DNA from: Acutalibacteraceae bacterium
GTDB lineage: Bacteria > Bacillota > Clostridia > Oscillospirales > Acutalibacteraceae
Reading direction: 5' to 3'
NCBI GenBank assembly: GCA_045538935.1
Contig: JAZQEI010000004.1
Span: forward strand, 4,479 to 68,478
Length of the DNA: 64,000 nucleotides
Shown: positions 54,311-63,698 of the stretch, in pieces
How the letters are laid out: every line of letters begins with the position of its first letter
Position numbering within the stretch: position 1 is the first letter of the stretch
Translations under genes and position numbers: made by a program
The notes under the pieces: generated by a model
The model's input: the letters and a program-made list of their open reading frames with translations, nothing else
Database searches by the model: none
What the model was told of the DNA's origin: nothing

Positions 54311-55243
54311 TTGAAAACATTTTGCCCTGAAGGGTGGTTAAATAATAAAAAAGAAAATAAGCGTTTAATGCTTACTCCAAGTGATTTAACCGAAGCTCAT
54401 ATAAATGGAGAAATATTAGAGTCTGTTGCCGTAATGTGCGATGCTGAGCATAATTTAGTGGTTAATTTAGGCTGTATGAAGGGCATTATTCCAAGAGAAG
54501 AGGGTGCTATAGGTATACAAAGCGGCAAAACCAGAGATATAGCACTTATATCTAGGGTGGGTAAACCCGTAAGCTTTATGGTTACCGATTTAAAGTTTGA
54601 TGAAGATGGAAACCCATATGGTGTTCTCTCGCGCCGCAAGGCTCAACAAAAATGTATAGAACAATATATTTGCGAGTTATCTGTTGGCGATGTTATAAAT
54701 GCAAAGGTAACACATTTAGAAAGCTTTGGCGCTTTTTGCGATATCGGTTGCGGTATAATTGCGTTACTTCCTATAGATTCAATTTCTGTTTCGCGCATTG
54801 CACACCCTAAGGATCGCTTTTTACCGGGTGATGATATTAAGGTTATAATAAAAAGCATTGCCGACGACGGTAGAATAACTTTATCCTCTAAAGAACTGCT
54901 TGGCACGTGGGAAGAAAATGCCAATAAATTTAAAACGGGTCAGACTGTGTCGGGTATTGTCCGTTCGGTAGAAGACTATGGAATTTTTGTAGAGCTTACT
55001 CCAAATCTTGCGGGCCTTGCCGAAGCAAAATCTGGGGTAGAAGTAGGTCAAGTGGCCAGTGTGTACATAAAAAGTATTATCCCCGAAAAAATGAAAATAA
55101 AGCTAATTGTTATAGATAGTTTTTTTGATACATCTGGCCCAAAACAATTAGAGTATTTACACACAAGCGAACATATAGACTATTGGCAATATTCACCTAG
55201 TGTAAGTCCAAGAAAAATAATAAGTGAGTTTAAAAATTTTTAA
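54311..55243 (+). CDS. S1 RNA-binding domain protein
   Basis: TTG 54311 after AGGTGA. At least two clear S1 motifs: VGDVINAKVTHLESFGAFCDIG and TGQTVSGIVRSVEDYGIFVELT. Confidence 0.75.
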   Translation: MKTFCPEGWLNNKKENKRLMLTPSDLTEAHINGEILESVAVMCDAEHNLVVNLGCMKGIIPREEGAIGIQSGKTRDIALISRVGKPVSFMVTDLKFDEDGNPYGVLSRRKAQQKCIEQYICELSVGDVINAKVTHLESFGAFCDIGCGIIALLPIDSISVSRIAHPKDRFLPGDDIKVIIKSIADDGRITLSSKELLGTWEENANKFKTGQTVSGIVRSVEDYGIFVELTPNLAGLAEAKSGVEVGQVASVYIKSIIPEKMKIKLIVIDSFFDTSGPKQLEYLHTSEHIDYWQYSPSVSPRKIISEFKNF

Positions 55244-55416
55244 AACGAATTAGCAAAGTCCGTTTTTTTGGACACACAATATGTTAAATTTAAAACGTCA
55301 AGAGGAGATAAAAAACAATTTTTGACAAAAATTTTAAAAAAACCTTGACAAATAAAACGCTCTAATATATAATAAAAACAGAAAAAGAACAAATGTTCGT
55401 TTTGGAGGAAATCAAA

Positions 55417-55608
55417 ATGAGTTTATCTTATACACTATCTACTATTATAGAAATAGCCGTTGGTGGCTTTATAATTTGGGGCTTTTTTAACGAGGGCAAA
55501 ATAGCGGCCTTTGAACAAAAGTTATTTAAGAAAATCAAAGCACGTTTTGCAAGACCCAAAGTATCTGTTGTAAGAGTAGAGGCTAAAAGCACTCGCCACT
55601 GTGCATAG
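55417..55608 (+). CDS. small membrane protein (63 aa)
   Basis: ATG 55417 lies 8 nt after GGAGG. One TM helix (IIEIAVGGFIIWGFF) and a basic tail. A TTGACA/TATAAT-type promoter lies upstream. Confidence 0.55.
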   Translation: MSLSYTLSTIIEIAVGGFIIWGFFNEGKIAAFEQKLFKKIKARFARPKVSVVRVEAKSTRHCA

Positions 55609-55659
55609 TTTTTGTTTTTTTATCCATTCTTTTCGTTTCCTTTCATTTACCACCATATT

Positions 55660-55701
55660 AAGTAAGCACCGCTGCAGAAAAAACTGTGGCGGTGCTTACT
55701 T
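55660..55701 (+). terminator. hairpin terminator (weak T-run)
   Basis: AAGTAAGCACCGC ... GCGGTGCTTACTT, 13-bp arms. Confidence 0.5.
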
Positions 55702-55719
55702 ATATGTATTTTAAACTTA

Positions 55720-55748
55720 TTGACTAAAAATCTCTTTTAAGGTATACT
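55720..55748 (+). promoter_or_regulatory. sigma-A type promoter for the GT2 gene
   Basis: TTGACT (55720-55725), 17-nt spacer, TATACT (55743-55748). Confidence 0.5.
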
Positions 55749-55786
55749 TAAAAGGTAAATATTTATAGTTTTACAGAGGTGCATTT

Positions 55787-57094
55787 ATGGCTAACAAATT
55801 GGTCAGTGTTTGTATTAACGCATACAATGCGGAAAAGTTTATTTTAAAAACTGTAGAATCTGTTTTAAACCAAACATATAAAAATTTGCAGGTAATTATT
55901 GTTGATGACTGTTCTACAGATAACACCTACGACCTTGTTAAATCAATAAGCGATGATCGCGTTGAGATATATAAGACGGCACTTAACGGGCATATGTCGT
56001 TTGCATGCAATGAGGCGTTAAGGCACGTTAAGGGCGATTATGTTGCGCATCTTGATGCCGATGATTTATGGGTGGAAAACAAGATAGAAAAGCAGGTTGC
56101 TTTTTTAGAACAAAATCCCGAGTATGCTGCTTGCTTTACCTATGCCGAGATAATAGATGAAAACGGCGATGTTTGTGATGAAAGTTACGACGATTTTAGG
56201 AAATTATTTGTCTTTGAAAATCGTTCGCGCGCACAAATGTATAGGTTTTTATTTGATAATTCTAATAAACTTTGCCATTGTAGTGCTTTGGTAAAAACCG
56301 ACATTGTTAAAAAAGTAGGCGCCTATGACAACACAATACTATATCTTCAAGATTATGATTATTGGATGAGATTACTCACTATTTCATCAATATATATACT
56401 TCCTGAACGTCTTACTTTAGTTAGGCGCCATAGCACTAACAATAGCAATATGAACGATGAAAAGTGGAGTGCGTACCGGAACGAATCAATAAGAATTATT
56501 TATAAGTCAATAAATCTTTGTCCCGACGATTTGTTCCTCGAAGCTTTTGCTGATAAGCTTAAAATACAAGGTCTGCATACCAATGAGGAAGTCGAGTTAG
56601 AAAAGGCGTTGCTATTACTTGAAGGGTCACCTGTTTTTAAAGAAAATCCCGTTTTGGGCTTGTATAAATTCGCAGAACTTTTTAAAGAAGAAGATTATAT
56701 AAAACTGGCAGAACAAAAGTTTGGATTTTCAACTAGAGATTTATATAAAATTCAGCAAAGTAAGTGCTATATCGATATTGGCGAGTATAAGCATTTGGTA
56801 GGTACTGTTAATAATTTAGATTCACAACTTAATATAGAAAAGAATCTCAATAAACAAACAACCGAAGAACTAGAACGCTGTAAAAAATATATAAATGATT
56901 TAGAGGTGGTTAGAGATTCTAGCAATTCGCATATTAGTAATCTTGAAAACTATATAAAACAGCTTGAAGGTTACGTGCGCGAGTTAGAAAACCGCGTCAA
57001 TCTTCTTAATGACAATATAAATGAGATCACAAATAGCTTTTTTTGGAAAATTACCAAACCTTTTAGAAAAATCAAATCTTTATTTAACAAATAA
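55787..57094 (+). CDS. family-2 glycosyltransferase with a C-terminal coiled coil
   Basis: VSVCINAYNAEKFI...VIIVDDCSTDNT and HLDADD (DxD) define a GT2 domain. The last 100 or so aa are heptad-rich (LENYIKQLEGYVRELENRVNLLNDNINEI) and end in SFFWKITKPFRKI. Confidence 0.8.
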   Translation: MANKLVSVCINAYNAEKFILKTVESVLNQTYKNLQVIIVDDCSTDNTYDLVKSISDDRVEIYKTALNGHMSFACNEALRHVKGDYVAHLDADDLWVENKIEKQVAFLEQNPEYAACFTYAEIIDENGDVCDESYDDFRKLFVFENRSRAQMYRFLFDNSNKLCHCSALVKTDIVKKVGAYDNTILYLQDYDYWMRLLTISSIYILPERLTLVRRHSTNNSNMNDEKWSAYRNESIRIIYKSINLCPDDLFLEAFADKLKIQGLHTNEEVELEKALLLLEGSPVFKENPVLGLYKFAELFKEEDYIKLAEQKFGFSTRDLYKIQQSKCYIDIGEYKHLVGTVNNLDSQLNIEKNLNKQTTEELERCKKYINDLEVVRDSSNSHISNLENYIKQLEGYVRELENRVNLLNDNINEITNSFFWKITKPFRKIKSLFNK

Positions 57095-57133
57095 AAACAA
57101 GCCTCAAACTGTTACGTTTGAGGCTTGTTTTTT
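57095..57133. terminator. bidirectional terminator
   Basis: AAACAAGCCTCAAAC tgttac GTTTGAGGCTTGTTT followed by TTT. It lies between convergent genes. Confidence 0.85.
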
Positions 57134-59162
57134 ATATCCAATATCGGTTTAACAAAACTACAGCAATATATATAAACACCGTTAAATGATAACCGCACAA
57201 ATATGTTACGTGGTTAATGCCTTGAATACTCTTTGATATTTTCGGGAAGTACCATGGCACAAGAAGTAGGGGTAAGATGGGAAGAAAGTATCTGCCTTGT
57301 ATTCCGCCAATTAGAGGGATGTCTATTATATATTTTGAAATATCGGCAACAGAAATTATCTCGGAGTCTATGCCGTTAGCCGCAAGGGTCCATGTAAACA
57401 TAGAAAGAATAGTAATAATCGACATACCAAAGAATACAATAACCATTATTACAATATCAAACTTATTAAAAGGATTTTTTTCTAATGGTTTGTGTCCTTT
57501 ATTGTGAAAATCAAAAAGGCTGAAGAATAGCAAGTTTGCAATAACAAAAACAGAAAAAATTAATGCTACGGGTGTATCAAACCAACCGAGATCGCCTGTG
57601 ATTTGTATCAGCCAACCAGAAGAATATTGTATGATAGTATTTAAAATTAATTTGCTTGATGCCTTTATGTTTAGGAATGTAGCAATTAGTATTTTTCCGT
57701 AACTGATTTTTGGTAAAACTTTTATTCCAAATATAATAGCGGCAATTACACACAACAGCGCAGCCGACAAAAATAGCCACTTGTGTTTTTTAATGAAATC
57801 TCCGGTAAGTCTAAACAAATAAAAGTTAAAGTCGATTTTTGATATGGGAATAGTTAATATTAAAACTACTACTAACGCATATGGTATTTTTGTTACGGCA
57901 ATAACAAAAACTAACGATAACATTATTGCTAAATCTAAAAGGGTGAATTTGTCTTTGCTGAATTTAACGTATAATACATAAGCGAAAAACAAAAAATATG
58001 TCGAAAGCAAGAACGAATCGTATGATAACGACGGAAACTCTTGCAGACAGATAGGTAAAAGTAAAATTGCCGTCATTAATTCTTTTTTTATTGGTATTAT
58101 TTTAATAGTCCAATACCCAAAGATTGCATATGATAACACGGCAAAAATTTCTGATACACTTAGTACCGCCCAAAGCGGAAGCCTCAAAAGCGAGGTTAAA
58201 ACAACACCAATAGCTTGCGGTAAATGTCTTAAAACCAAAACAGATGGCAAAGTAAACCGACTTGGCAATTGCGATATGGTATTCATATTAAAATATGTTA
58301 ATAAGTTTACTTTTTGATCAAAGTTTCTTGTTATGCGTGCGGTATCGGCAAAATCGCCTATAGCATTTATATCAATATCCCAGTTTAATTCTTCGTAAAT
58401 TAACAAAAGGTGCGTTAATTCGTCGGGAACCTGATATATTGGCATTAAAAAAGCAAAAATAAAACCAGAAATAATAGCGGTGAAAAAGAAGACTTTTTCA
58501 CAATTGAATTTATTTTTGAAAAGTTTTTGGTCGCATCTGCTTTTAATAATAAAATATACTATAAGCCAAATACCAACAGATACAAGAGTACCTGTAATTA
58601 TATCTAAAACAAGCTGCTTTTTTAATGCGAGAATATCGGCTGTATCGTTTATCTTTATTGAAGAAATACTAACTATTTCAGGGTTTACTATTTGTGAACC
58701 GCCGTATGCATCGTATCTTGAATAAATTTCGATTTCTTCGGCCGAAGAAACACCAATTTTATGCAGTGATGTATATCCGCGTATGCCGGTGTTAGATATA
58801 CCAAACGATTCGGTTTTGTTGTTTTCTAAAATACGTAACGAAATGTCGCCTGTGCTTGTTTTTTGGTCATCGAATTGAATGGATATAGAAACAATTTTTT
58901 TCGGTATGTTTTCCAAAAACAACGAATAATCATGAGATACGGCCCCTACACCGTTGGGCTCACTAACAACAATATTCTGATTAGATTTTATATATTCGCT
59001 GTCAAAAGTTTTTGATTCGCTTTGTGAGAACAAAAGGGAAGTGGTTTTTCCAAAAGAAAACAAATCGAAATTTCCCATTGACACATAAGTAACCAGTATA
59101 TAAAGTGTTACGATAAAAGCTAGAGTTAATGCTAGTATCTTTTTTATATTAGCTTTTTGCAC
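57132..59162 (-). CDS. large polytopic membrane protein, DUF2142/GT-C-like putative glycosyltransferase
   Basis: GTG start overlaps the upstream GT2 stop. One N-terminal TM helix, an extracytoplasmic domain of about 170 aa, then at least 12 TM helices. PIYQVPDELTHL in the first loop resembles the acidic loop motif of GT-C/DUF2142 proteins (recalled from memory, not searched). Confidence 0.55.
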   Translation of the reverse strand: MQKANIKKILALTLAFIVTLYILVTYVSMGNFDLFSFGKTTSLLFSQSESKTFDSEYIKSNQNIVVSEPNGVGAVSHDYSLFLENIPKKIVSISIQFDDQKTSTGDISLRILENNKTESFGISNTGIRGYTSLHKIGVSSAEEIEIYSRYDAYGGSQIVNPEIVSISSIKINDTADILALKKQLVLDIITGTLVSVGIWLIVYFIIKSRCDQKLFKNKFNCEKVFFFTAIISGFIFAFLMPIYQVPDELTHLLLIYEELNWDIDINAIGDFADTARITRNFDQKVNLLTYFNMNTISQLPSRFTLPSVLVLRHLPQAIGVVLTSLLRLPLWAVLSVSEIFAVLSYAIFGYWTIKIIPIKKELMTAILLLPICLQEFPSLSYDSFLLSTYFLFFAYVLYVKFSKDKFTLLDLAIMLSLVFVIAVTKIPYALVVVLILTIPISKIDFNFYLFRLTGDFIKKHKWLFLSAALLCVIAAIIFGIKVLPKISYGKILIATFLNIKASSKLILNTIIQYSSGWLIQITGDLGWFDTPVALIFSVFVIANLLFFSLFDFHNKGHKPLEKNPFNKFDIVIMVIVFFGMSIITILSMFTWTLAANGIDSEIISVADISKYIIDIPLIGGIQGRYFLPILPLLLVPWYFPKISKSIQGINHVTYLCGYHLTVFIYIAVVLLNRYWI

Positions 59163-60006
59163 CTTTTACACCTCGTTTGTAATCAATATAGCCTCTAAAC
59201 ATTGCCCAAAGCTTTTTAAGTTTTTGCTTTTCACAAATTAAAATTCCTTTTACTTCGTTTTTGGTGCATCTTCTTTCGGCATAGCAATAATCGGGATGTC
59301 TGTCTTCGTACATATCGCAAAAATAATGTCTGTTTCTTACAATATAATAACGTCTCATGGGACTGTGATTTGATCCACAGTATGTTTTTCCGCGGAATTT
59401 TTTAAATACAACATCGCCTAAATTGTGTTTGAGCTCTACCTGTGGTAAACGCCATATATCATATCCGTGGTCACGAAGATTAAGACAATAATCAAAATCT
59501 ACCGCATCTATAAACATCCAATCCTTAAAACCGCCTATTTGTGAATATGCTTTAAGGTTTATTATGTTTCCGGATGTCATTACAACAGCAGGGCTGTCTA
59601 TTTGTTCTAATTTTTCGTCTTGGTTGGTGATCATTCTGTGAAAAGGCGTAATAAGGCCGATTTTTTCATAAGGATACTGACAATTCTCGGTTTGTTTGCA
59701 CTGAACAAGAAAATCTTTCATTTTTTCTACGCCGTCGTCGCTAAAGGAACTATCTTGATCCATAGTGAGCAACCAATCGTAACCGTCATCTATTGCATGC
59801 TTAGCGCCTCTGTTTAGGGCATAAGCTATTCCTAGGTTTTTGTTGTTGGGTAAATAAACAATTTTTTCGTTATTAAGCTTTTCACTGTGGTTAACGCAAG
59901 AATTGTCAACCGCATAAACCACATCGACATAATCAATATACGACTTAATATTTTCAAAAATTTTGTCGTCTGGATTATATAGTACTACGACGGCTGCTAA
60001 TTTCAT
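59149..60006 (-). CDS. family-2 glycosyltransferase (rhamnosyltransferase-like)
   Basis: RBS AAGGGGA. AAVVVLYNPD..., YAVDNS and LTMDQDS (DxD-type) are typical of WbbL-like GT2 enzymes. Confidence 0.75.
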   Translation of the reverse strand: MKLAAVVVLYNPDDKIFENIKSYIDYVDVVYAVDNSCVNHSEKLNNEKIVYLPNNKNLGIAYALNRGAKHAIDDGYDWLLTMDQDSSFSDDGVEKMKDFLVQCKQTENCQYPYEKIGLITPFHRMITNQDEKLEQIDSPAVVMTSGNIINLKAYSQIGGFKDWMFIDAVDFDYCLNLRDHGYDIWRLPQVELKHNLGDVVFKKFRGKTYCGSNHSPMRRYYIVRNRHYFCDMYEDRHPDYCYAERRCTKNEVKGILICEKQKLKKLWAMFRGYIDYKRGVKGAKS

Positions 60007-60018
60007 ATTTTTCCCCTT

Positions 60019-62247
60019 TTATCGTCCTAAAATTCTTTTTATTAATCTAAAAGTACTTTTTAACGGGCGCGATATAATTTTTGGTACCCTAATTTTGTTT
60101 ACAATGCGCCATTTAGCCGAACTTAGAATCTCATTAAGCATGTTTTGGGCATCGCTATTGTTAACTATAAATGAGCCGGAAAGGTCGCTTTCTTGCTTTA
60201 TAATATATCGCAAGGCCTCGTAATCGACCGTTTTAGATTGGCTCAAGTTGTAAATTGTTTTGTATTCTTGTGACATTTCTAAAACAGATTTAAAATTATA
60301 ATCCTTAACGCAAGCAACGGCTCTGTTATAATCCTCGGTATTATTTTTGATTTTTACTAACAGTTTGCTTATATCGTTTTCGTTAGAGCCTTTTGGCAAA
60401 ATCCAACCAAGATTATATTTTTTAACCCGTTCTGCTCCCGCGCCTAAATCAAGCGAAATTACCGGTATACCTGCAGATACAGCCTCATTGGTGGTGTAAG
60501 AATATGTTTCGGGCCAAATTTGCAAGAAACAAATAACATTGATTTTATTTTCCCAGAGTAGTTTACTTAAATTATCTCTTTCATAGGGGCCGTGGAAAAT
60601 ATAGTTAGAAGTATTTTGCTCTAAATCCGGATATTCGCTTTTACCGAACACATGAAATTCAATATCTTTGTCAATATTGCTTTTTACAAGCTTTCTAATT
60701 ATCTCTCCGCCTTTGTGAAGGCATATAACACCAATAAATGCTACCCTTAGCTTATCGTCTACCGAGTAAGATAGGTCGGTTTTGTTGTTGTTAACTCCAT
60801 GTTCTATAGCGGTAATATCAATATCGCTATATACTGCTTGTAGTCTTTCTTTTGTATCTTCGGACGGAACAATAACGGTATCAATTTGTTTTAAAAAGTT
60901 ATGCCAGTCAGCTTGCCATTCTTTTACTATATTATTAGATGCACGGTTGGTAGAAATAAGACATTTTTCACAGTCCTTAGATTCTAGGTCGCCGCAATAT
61001 TTTTTGTTGCAATAAAGCATTGTTATTGACGGACACAAAGAATAATAATCGTGAAGCGTAATAATAGAGTTAATGTTATATTTTTGGGTAACAAAGGCAA
61101 TGTCAAAATAATGTCCAATCATATGGTGAATATGCACCGAGTCAATGGCATATGCGCGAACAATATAATCTAACATTTGGCCATATTCTTTGTTAAAACG
61201 GTTGTATCTTGAAGTCTGCTGTATTTTAAACGGCATAGTAGTTCTTAAAACTTCATCACCGAAATGCGATTCTAAAATATAACCGCTAGCGGTGGGGAAC
61301 AAAACGTGAAAATTCATCTCGTTAATAAGAGACGACATAATATCCCTAACATGTACAGTGGTTCCGCCTAGAGTATTATCCCACTCGTGAATAATAAGAA
61401 GAACGTTTTTCTTATTTCTTAACTTTAGGTTGTATTTTATGTTTTTACAAATATGTCCTAGCGGATAAGAACGGCACCAAGCGTCTACATTGTAGCAATA
61501 AGACGGATATTTTTCTTTAAGTATTGCAAGGTGCTTTTCAATAACCTTTTCTCGCTCAGATGAGAAAGACTGACTTTCTAAATGATAAACAATTACATCG
61601 TCACACAAAAGGTTTTTATAGCCGTAATCTATACACCTATAAGAGAAATCATTTTCTTCGCCATAGCCTCTGCCAAAGCTTTTTTCATCAAAGAAACCTA
61701 GCTTAGAAAGCACCTCGCGGCGAATATACATACAAAAGCCGTGGGCGGTGGGAAGCTCAGGGTATTCGCGGTATGCGCATTTTGTTAGCATATCGTTATA
61801 CTCGTCTATTGTTATATCTGTAGGAACTTCGTTTCGCATTAGTCCCTGCGGTACCGAAGCTAAAGTAGCATTGTTAGATAAAGCGGTAACTGTGCCAACT
61901 TTGGGCTCGGAGTACGCACAGTTTCTCATTTTGTTAAGCCAATCTTTGCCTACAATGGTGTCGCTGTTTAAAAGCAGCACATCGTTATCAGATAATTTCA
62001 TGCCCACATTAACCGTGCCAACAAAACCTTTATTAACTTCATTCTCAACAACAATAATATTAAGTGAAGGGTTTTGAAGTTTTATTTGGTTTATATGTTC
62101 ACTGATTCTGTTGTCTGGACTGCAGTCGTTTATTAAAATAAGCCTGTCCTGTTTTAAATTCGTGTTAGCAATAACCGAGTTTATACAGTTTACAGTAGCA
62201 TCGTATGCATTATATATAGGGATAATAACGTCACAAAAAATATTCAT
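60019..62247 (-). CDS. two-domain glycosyltransferase (N-terminal GT2, C-terminal GT4/GT1-type)
   Basis: N-terminal VIIPIYNAYD...LINDCSPD plus LLNSDT. The C-terminal half has the GT4 layout (FHVFGK...IFHGPY...ETYSYTTNEAVSAGIPVI). The tail is SSAKWRIVNKIRVPKI. Confidence 0.75.
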   Translation of the reverse strand: MNIFCDVIIPIYNAYDATVNCINSVIANTNLKQDRLILINDCSPDNRISEHINQIKLQNPSLNIIVVENEVNKGFVGTVNVGMKLSDNDVLLLNSDTIVGKDWLNKMRNCAYSEPKVGTVTALSNNATLASVPQGLMRNEVPTDITIDEYNDMLTKCAYREYPELPTAHGFCMYIRREVLSKLGFFDEKSFGRGYGEENDFSYRCIDYGYKNLLCDDVIVYHLESQSFSSEREKVIEKHLAILKEKYPSYCYNVDAWCRSYPLGHICKNIKYNLKLRNKKNVLLIIHEWDNTLGGTTVHVRDIMSSLINEMNFHVLFPTASGYILESHFGDEVLRTTMPFKIQQTSRYNRFNKEYGQMLDYIVRAYAIDSVHIHHMIGHYFDIAFVTQKYNINSIITLHDYYSLCPSITMLYCNKKYCGDLESKDCEKCLISTNRASNNIVKEWQADWHNFLKQIDTVIVPSEDTKERLQAVYSDIDITAIEHGVNNNKTDLSYSVDDKLRVAFIGVICLHKGGEIIRKLVKSNIDKDIEFHVFGKSEYPDLEQNTSNYIFHGPYERDNLSKLLWENKINVICFLQIWPETYSYTTNEAVSAGIPVISLDLGAGAERVKKYNLGWILPKGSNENDISKLLVKIKNNTEDYNRAVACVKDYNFKSVLEMSQEYKTIYNLSQSKTVDYEALRYIIKQESDLSGSFIVNNSDAQNMLNEILSSAKWRIVNKIRVPKIISRPLKSTFRLIKRILGR

Positions 62248-62280
62248 ACTACACCAACTTAAAATATATAATCATAATTA

Positions 62281-62309
62281 ATTATAACATACAGCAATTG
62301 CTATGTAAA
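62281..62309 (-). promoter_or_regulatory. sigma-A type promoter for the three-gene glycosyltransferase operon
   Basis: Minus strand TTTACA (62309-62304), 17-nt spacer, TATAAT (62286-62281). Confidence 0.55.
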
Positions 62310-62362
62310 CTGTTTTTTGTTATTAGATGTTGCATTATTGTTGAGTAAAATTTTCTTTTACG

Positions 62363-62563
62363 TTATACTGCAAATATGACCACTGACAATACTGGGTAGG
62401 GCAATATTATGAATAAAGATATAAAAAGTACATAGATGAACACTTTCCAAAAATCGTAAGATTTAATCCTACCGGCGAGGCTAATCCGCATATTTGGCTG
62501 CCTATGCAGTACATAGTCTACAAGGGCCTTATTAATTATGGATACCACAAAGATGCCAAACAC
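62363..62563 (-). CDS. doubtful 66-aa hydrophobic ORF (possibly the remnant of a membrane protein gene)
   Basis: It is the only ORF in a gap of about 430 bp. It has a GTG start with no RBS and the hydrophobic segments are only at its ends. Confidence 0.2.
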   Translation of the reverse strand: MFGIFVVSIINKALVDYVLHRQPNMRISLAGRIKSYDFWKVFIYVLFISLFIILPYPVLSVVIFAV

Positions 62564-62644
62564 CCATTACGACGCTCTTAAAATGCTTGGATAGATCTTT
62601 GGTGTGTATGTTTGCTTTTGTAATGAATTAGGTGCTTAAACAAA

Positions 62645-62677
62645 AAAGGTTCGATAGAAAAGCTCTATCGAACCTTT
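62645..62677. terminator. bidirectional terminator
   Basis: AAAGGTTCGATAGA aaagc TCTATCGAACCTTT, flanked by A- and T-runs. Confidence 0.8.
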
Positions 62678-62681
62678 TTTG

Positions 62682-63434
62682 TTATTTTGGTTTATTTCTT
62701 TTTCTATATTGCAAAGGAGCAATACCGTATTCCTTTTTAAATAGCATAGAAAACTGCGCAGAGGTTGAAAAACCGCAACGGTATGAAATTTCGGTGCAAC
62801 CGAGTGAACTTGCGAGCAGTAGCTCTTTAGCTGCTTCTAATCGTTTTTTTAGCACAAACCTTTGTGGTGAATCACCGGTTATGCTTTTAAACTTGTGCTG
62901 AAAATAATCGTAACTATAGCTTAACTGTTTTGCAAGGTCTTTAAAAACTAATTTGCTTCTAAAGTTTTCAGATAAGTAGTTAATTGTATAGTCAAAGTTT
63001 TTTGGCACCGACACGTTGGTCATTTGGTTTCTTACGATTTGAATATACAGTTCGTTTAGCTTTGCGGTAATAACCTCGTTATATCCGTAAGACTGCTTAT
63101 TGGTTTCATCCAAAATTGCGGTTGCAATTTTTAAAATTTCACCCGATTTATCTACTGCCATATCTGCAGAAAGCATTTTATCGCAAAAAAAGCCTAGGCA
63201 TAGAACTTCACCGTCACATTCATGAATTTCGCTGTGTGCGGTAAATGGTGATATTATACTGTAATGATCTTTTTCGAAATGATATTCATTTTCACCAATT
63301 CGTGCAGTACCGCTACCCTCTATGTAATATACAAATTCATAAAACCTGTGTATGTGGTCGTAAATAATATTTGTTTCGTTAGTTGGCGATTTCCACGCTA
63401 ATTCTAATCGTAAAATTGCCATAGCATATTCCAC
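62682..63434 (-). CDS. AraC-family transcriptional regulator (cupin plus HTH), second copy in the window
   Basis: The C-terminal LAKQLSYSYDYFQHKFKSITGDSPQRFVLKKRLEAAKELL...ISYRCGFSTSAQFSMLFKKEYGIAP is the AraC HTH pair. The start is GTG 63434 or ATG 63422. Confidence 0.8.
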   Translation of the reverse strand: MEYAMAILRLELAWKSPTNETNIIYDHIHRFYEFVYYIEGSGTARIGENEYHFEKDHYSIISPFTAHSEIHECDGEVLCLGFFCDKMLSADMAVDKSGEILKIATAILDETNKQSYGYNEVITAKLNELYIQIVRNQMTNVSVPKNFDYTINYLSENFRSKLVFKDLAKQLSYSYDYFQHKFKSITGDSPQRFVLKKRLEAAKELLLASSLGCTEISYRCGFSTSAQFSMLFKKEYGIAPLQYRKRNKPK

Positions 63435-63698
63435 CGACCTTTCTTTGTAAACAAATTATAGCATATTATTTTGCTCTTTCAATACCAAAAAGCCAATTAG
63501 TATAAAAAAATGACCAAATTATTATATAATATGTTTAAAGCAGACTATTATAATACAGTTAGAAAAATTTTGTATTTTTGCCTAAAATAAGTAAATTTTG
63601 GGTCTTTCAATGCAAAAAACTTAGTTATTTAATACATAAATTTTCAAATAAATTGAGAATTTTGCATTGAGTACGGAATATTAAGGAGGAACGATTTT

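Noticed and set aside
62632-62901. An 89-aa plus-strand ORF spanning the terminator and the 3' end of the second AraC gene.
   Set aside because: It runs through a bidirectional terminator hairpin and is antisense to a well-supported AraC HTH region. It has no RBS.
55787-63434. The A+T-rich glycosyltransferase region as a horizontally acquired genomic island or mobile element.
   Set aside because: No integrase, transposase, tRNA target, or flanking direct or inverted repeats are visible. Lower G+C is common for surface-polysaccharide genes, so composition alone does not support a mobile-element call.
63462-63480. A third occurrence of AAAGAGCAA upstream of the second AraC gene, possibly the same operator as at 12045 and 15181.
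   Set aside because: Only the 9-nt AAAGAGCAA part matches and the GTGCAA half-site is absent. The match overlaps a plausible -35 (TTGAAA) of a TGcTATAAT promoter, so the resemblance is probably promoter-derived.
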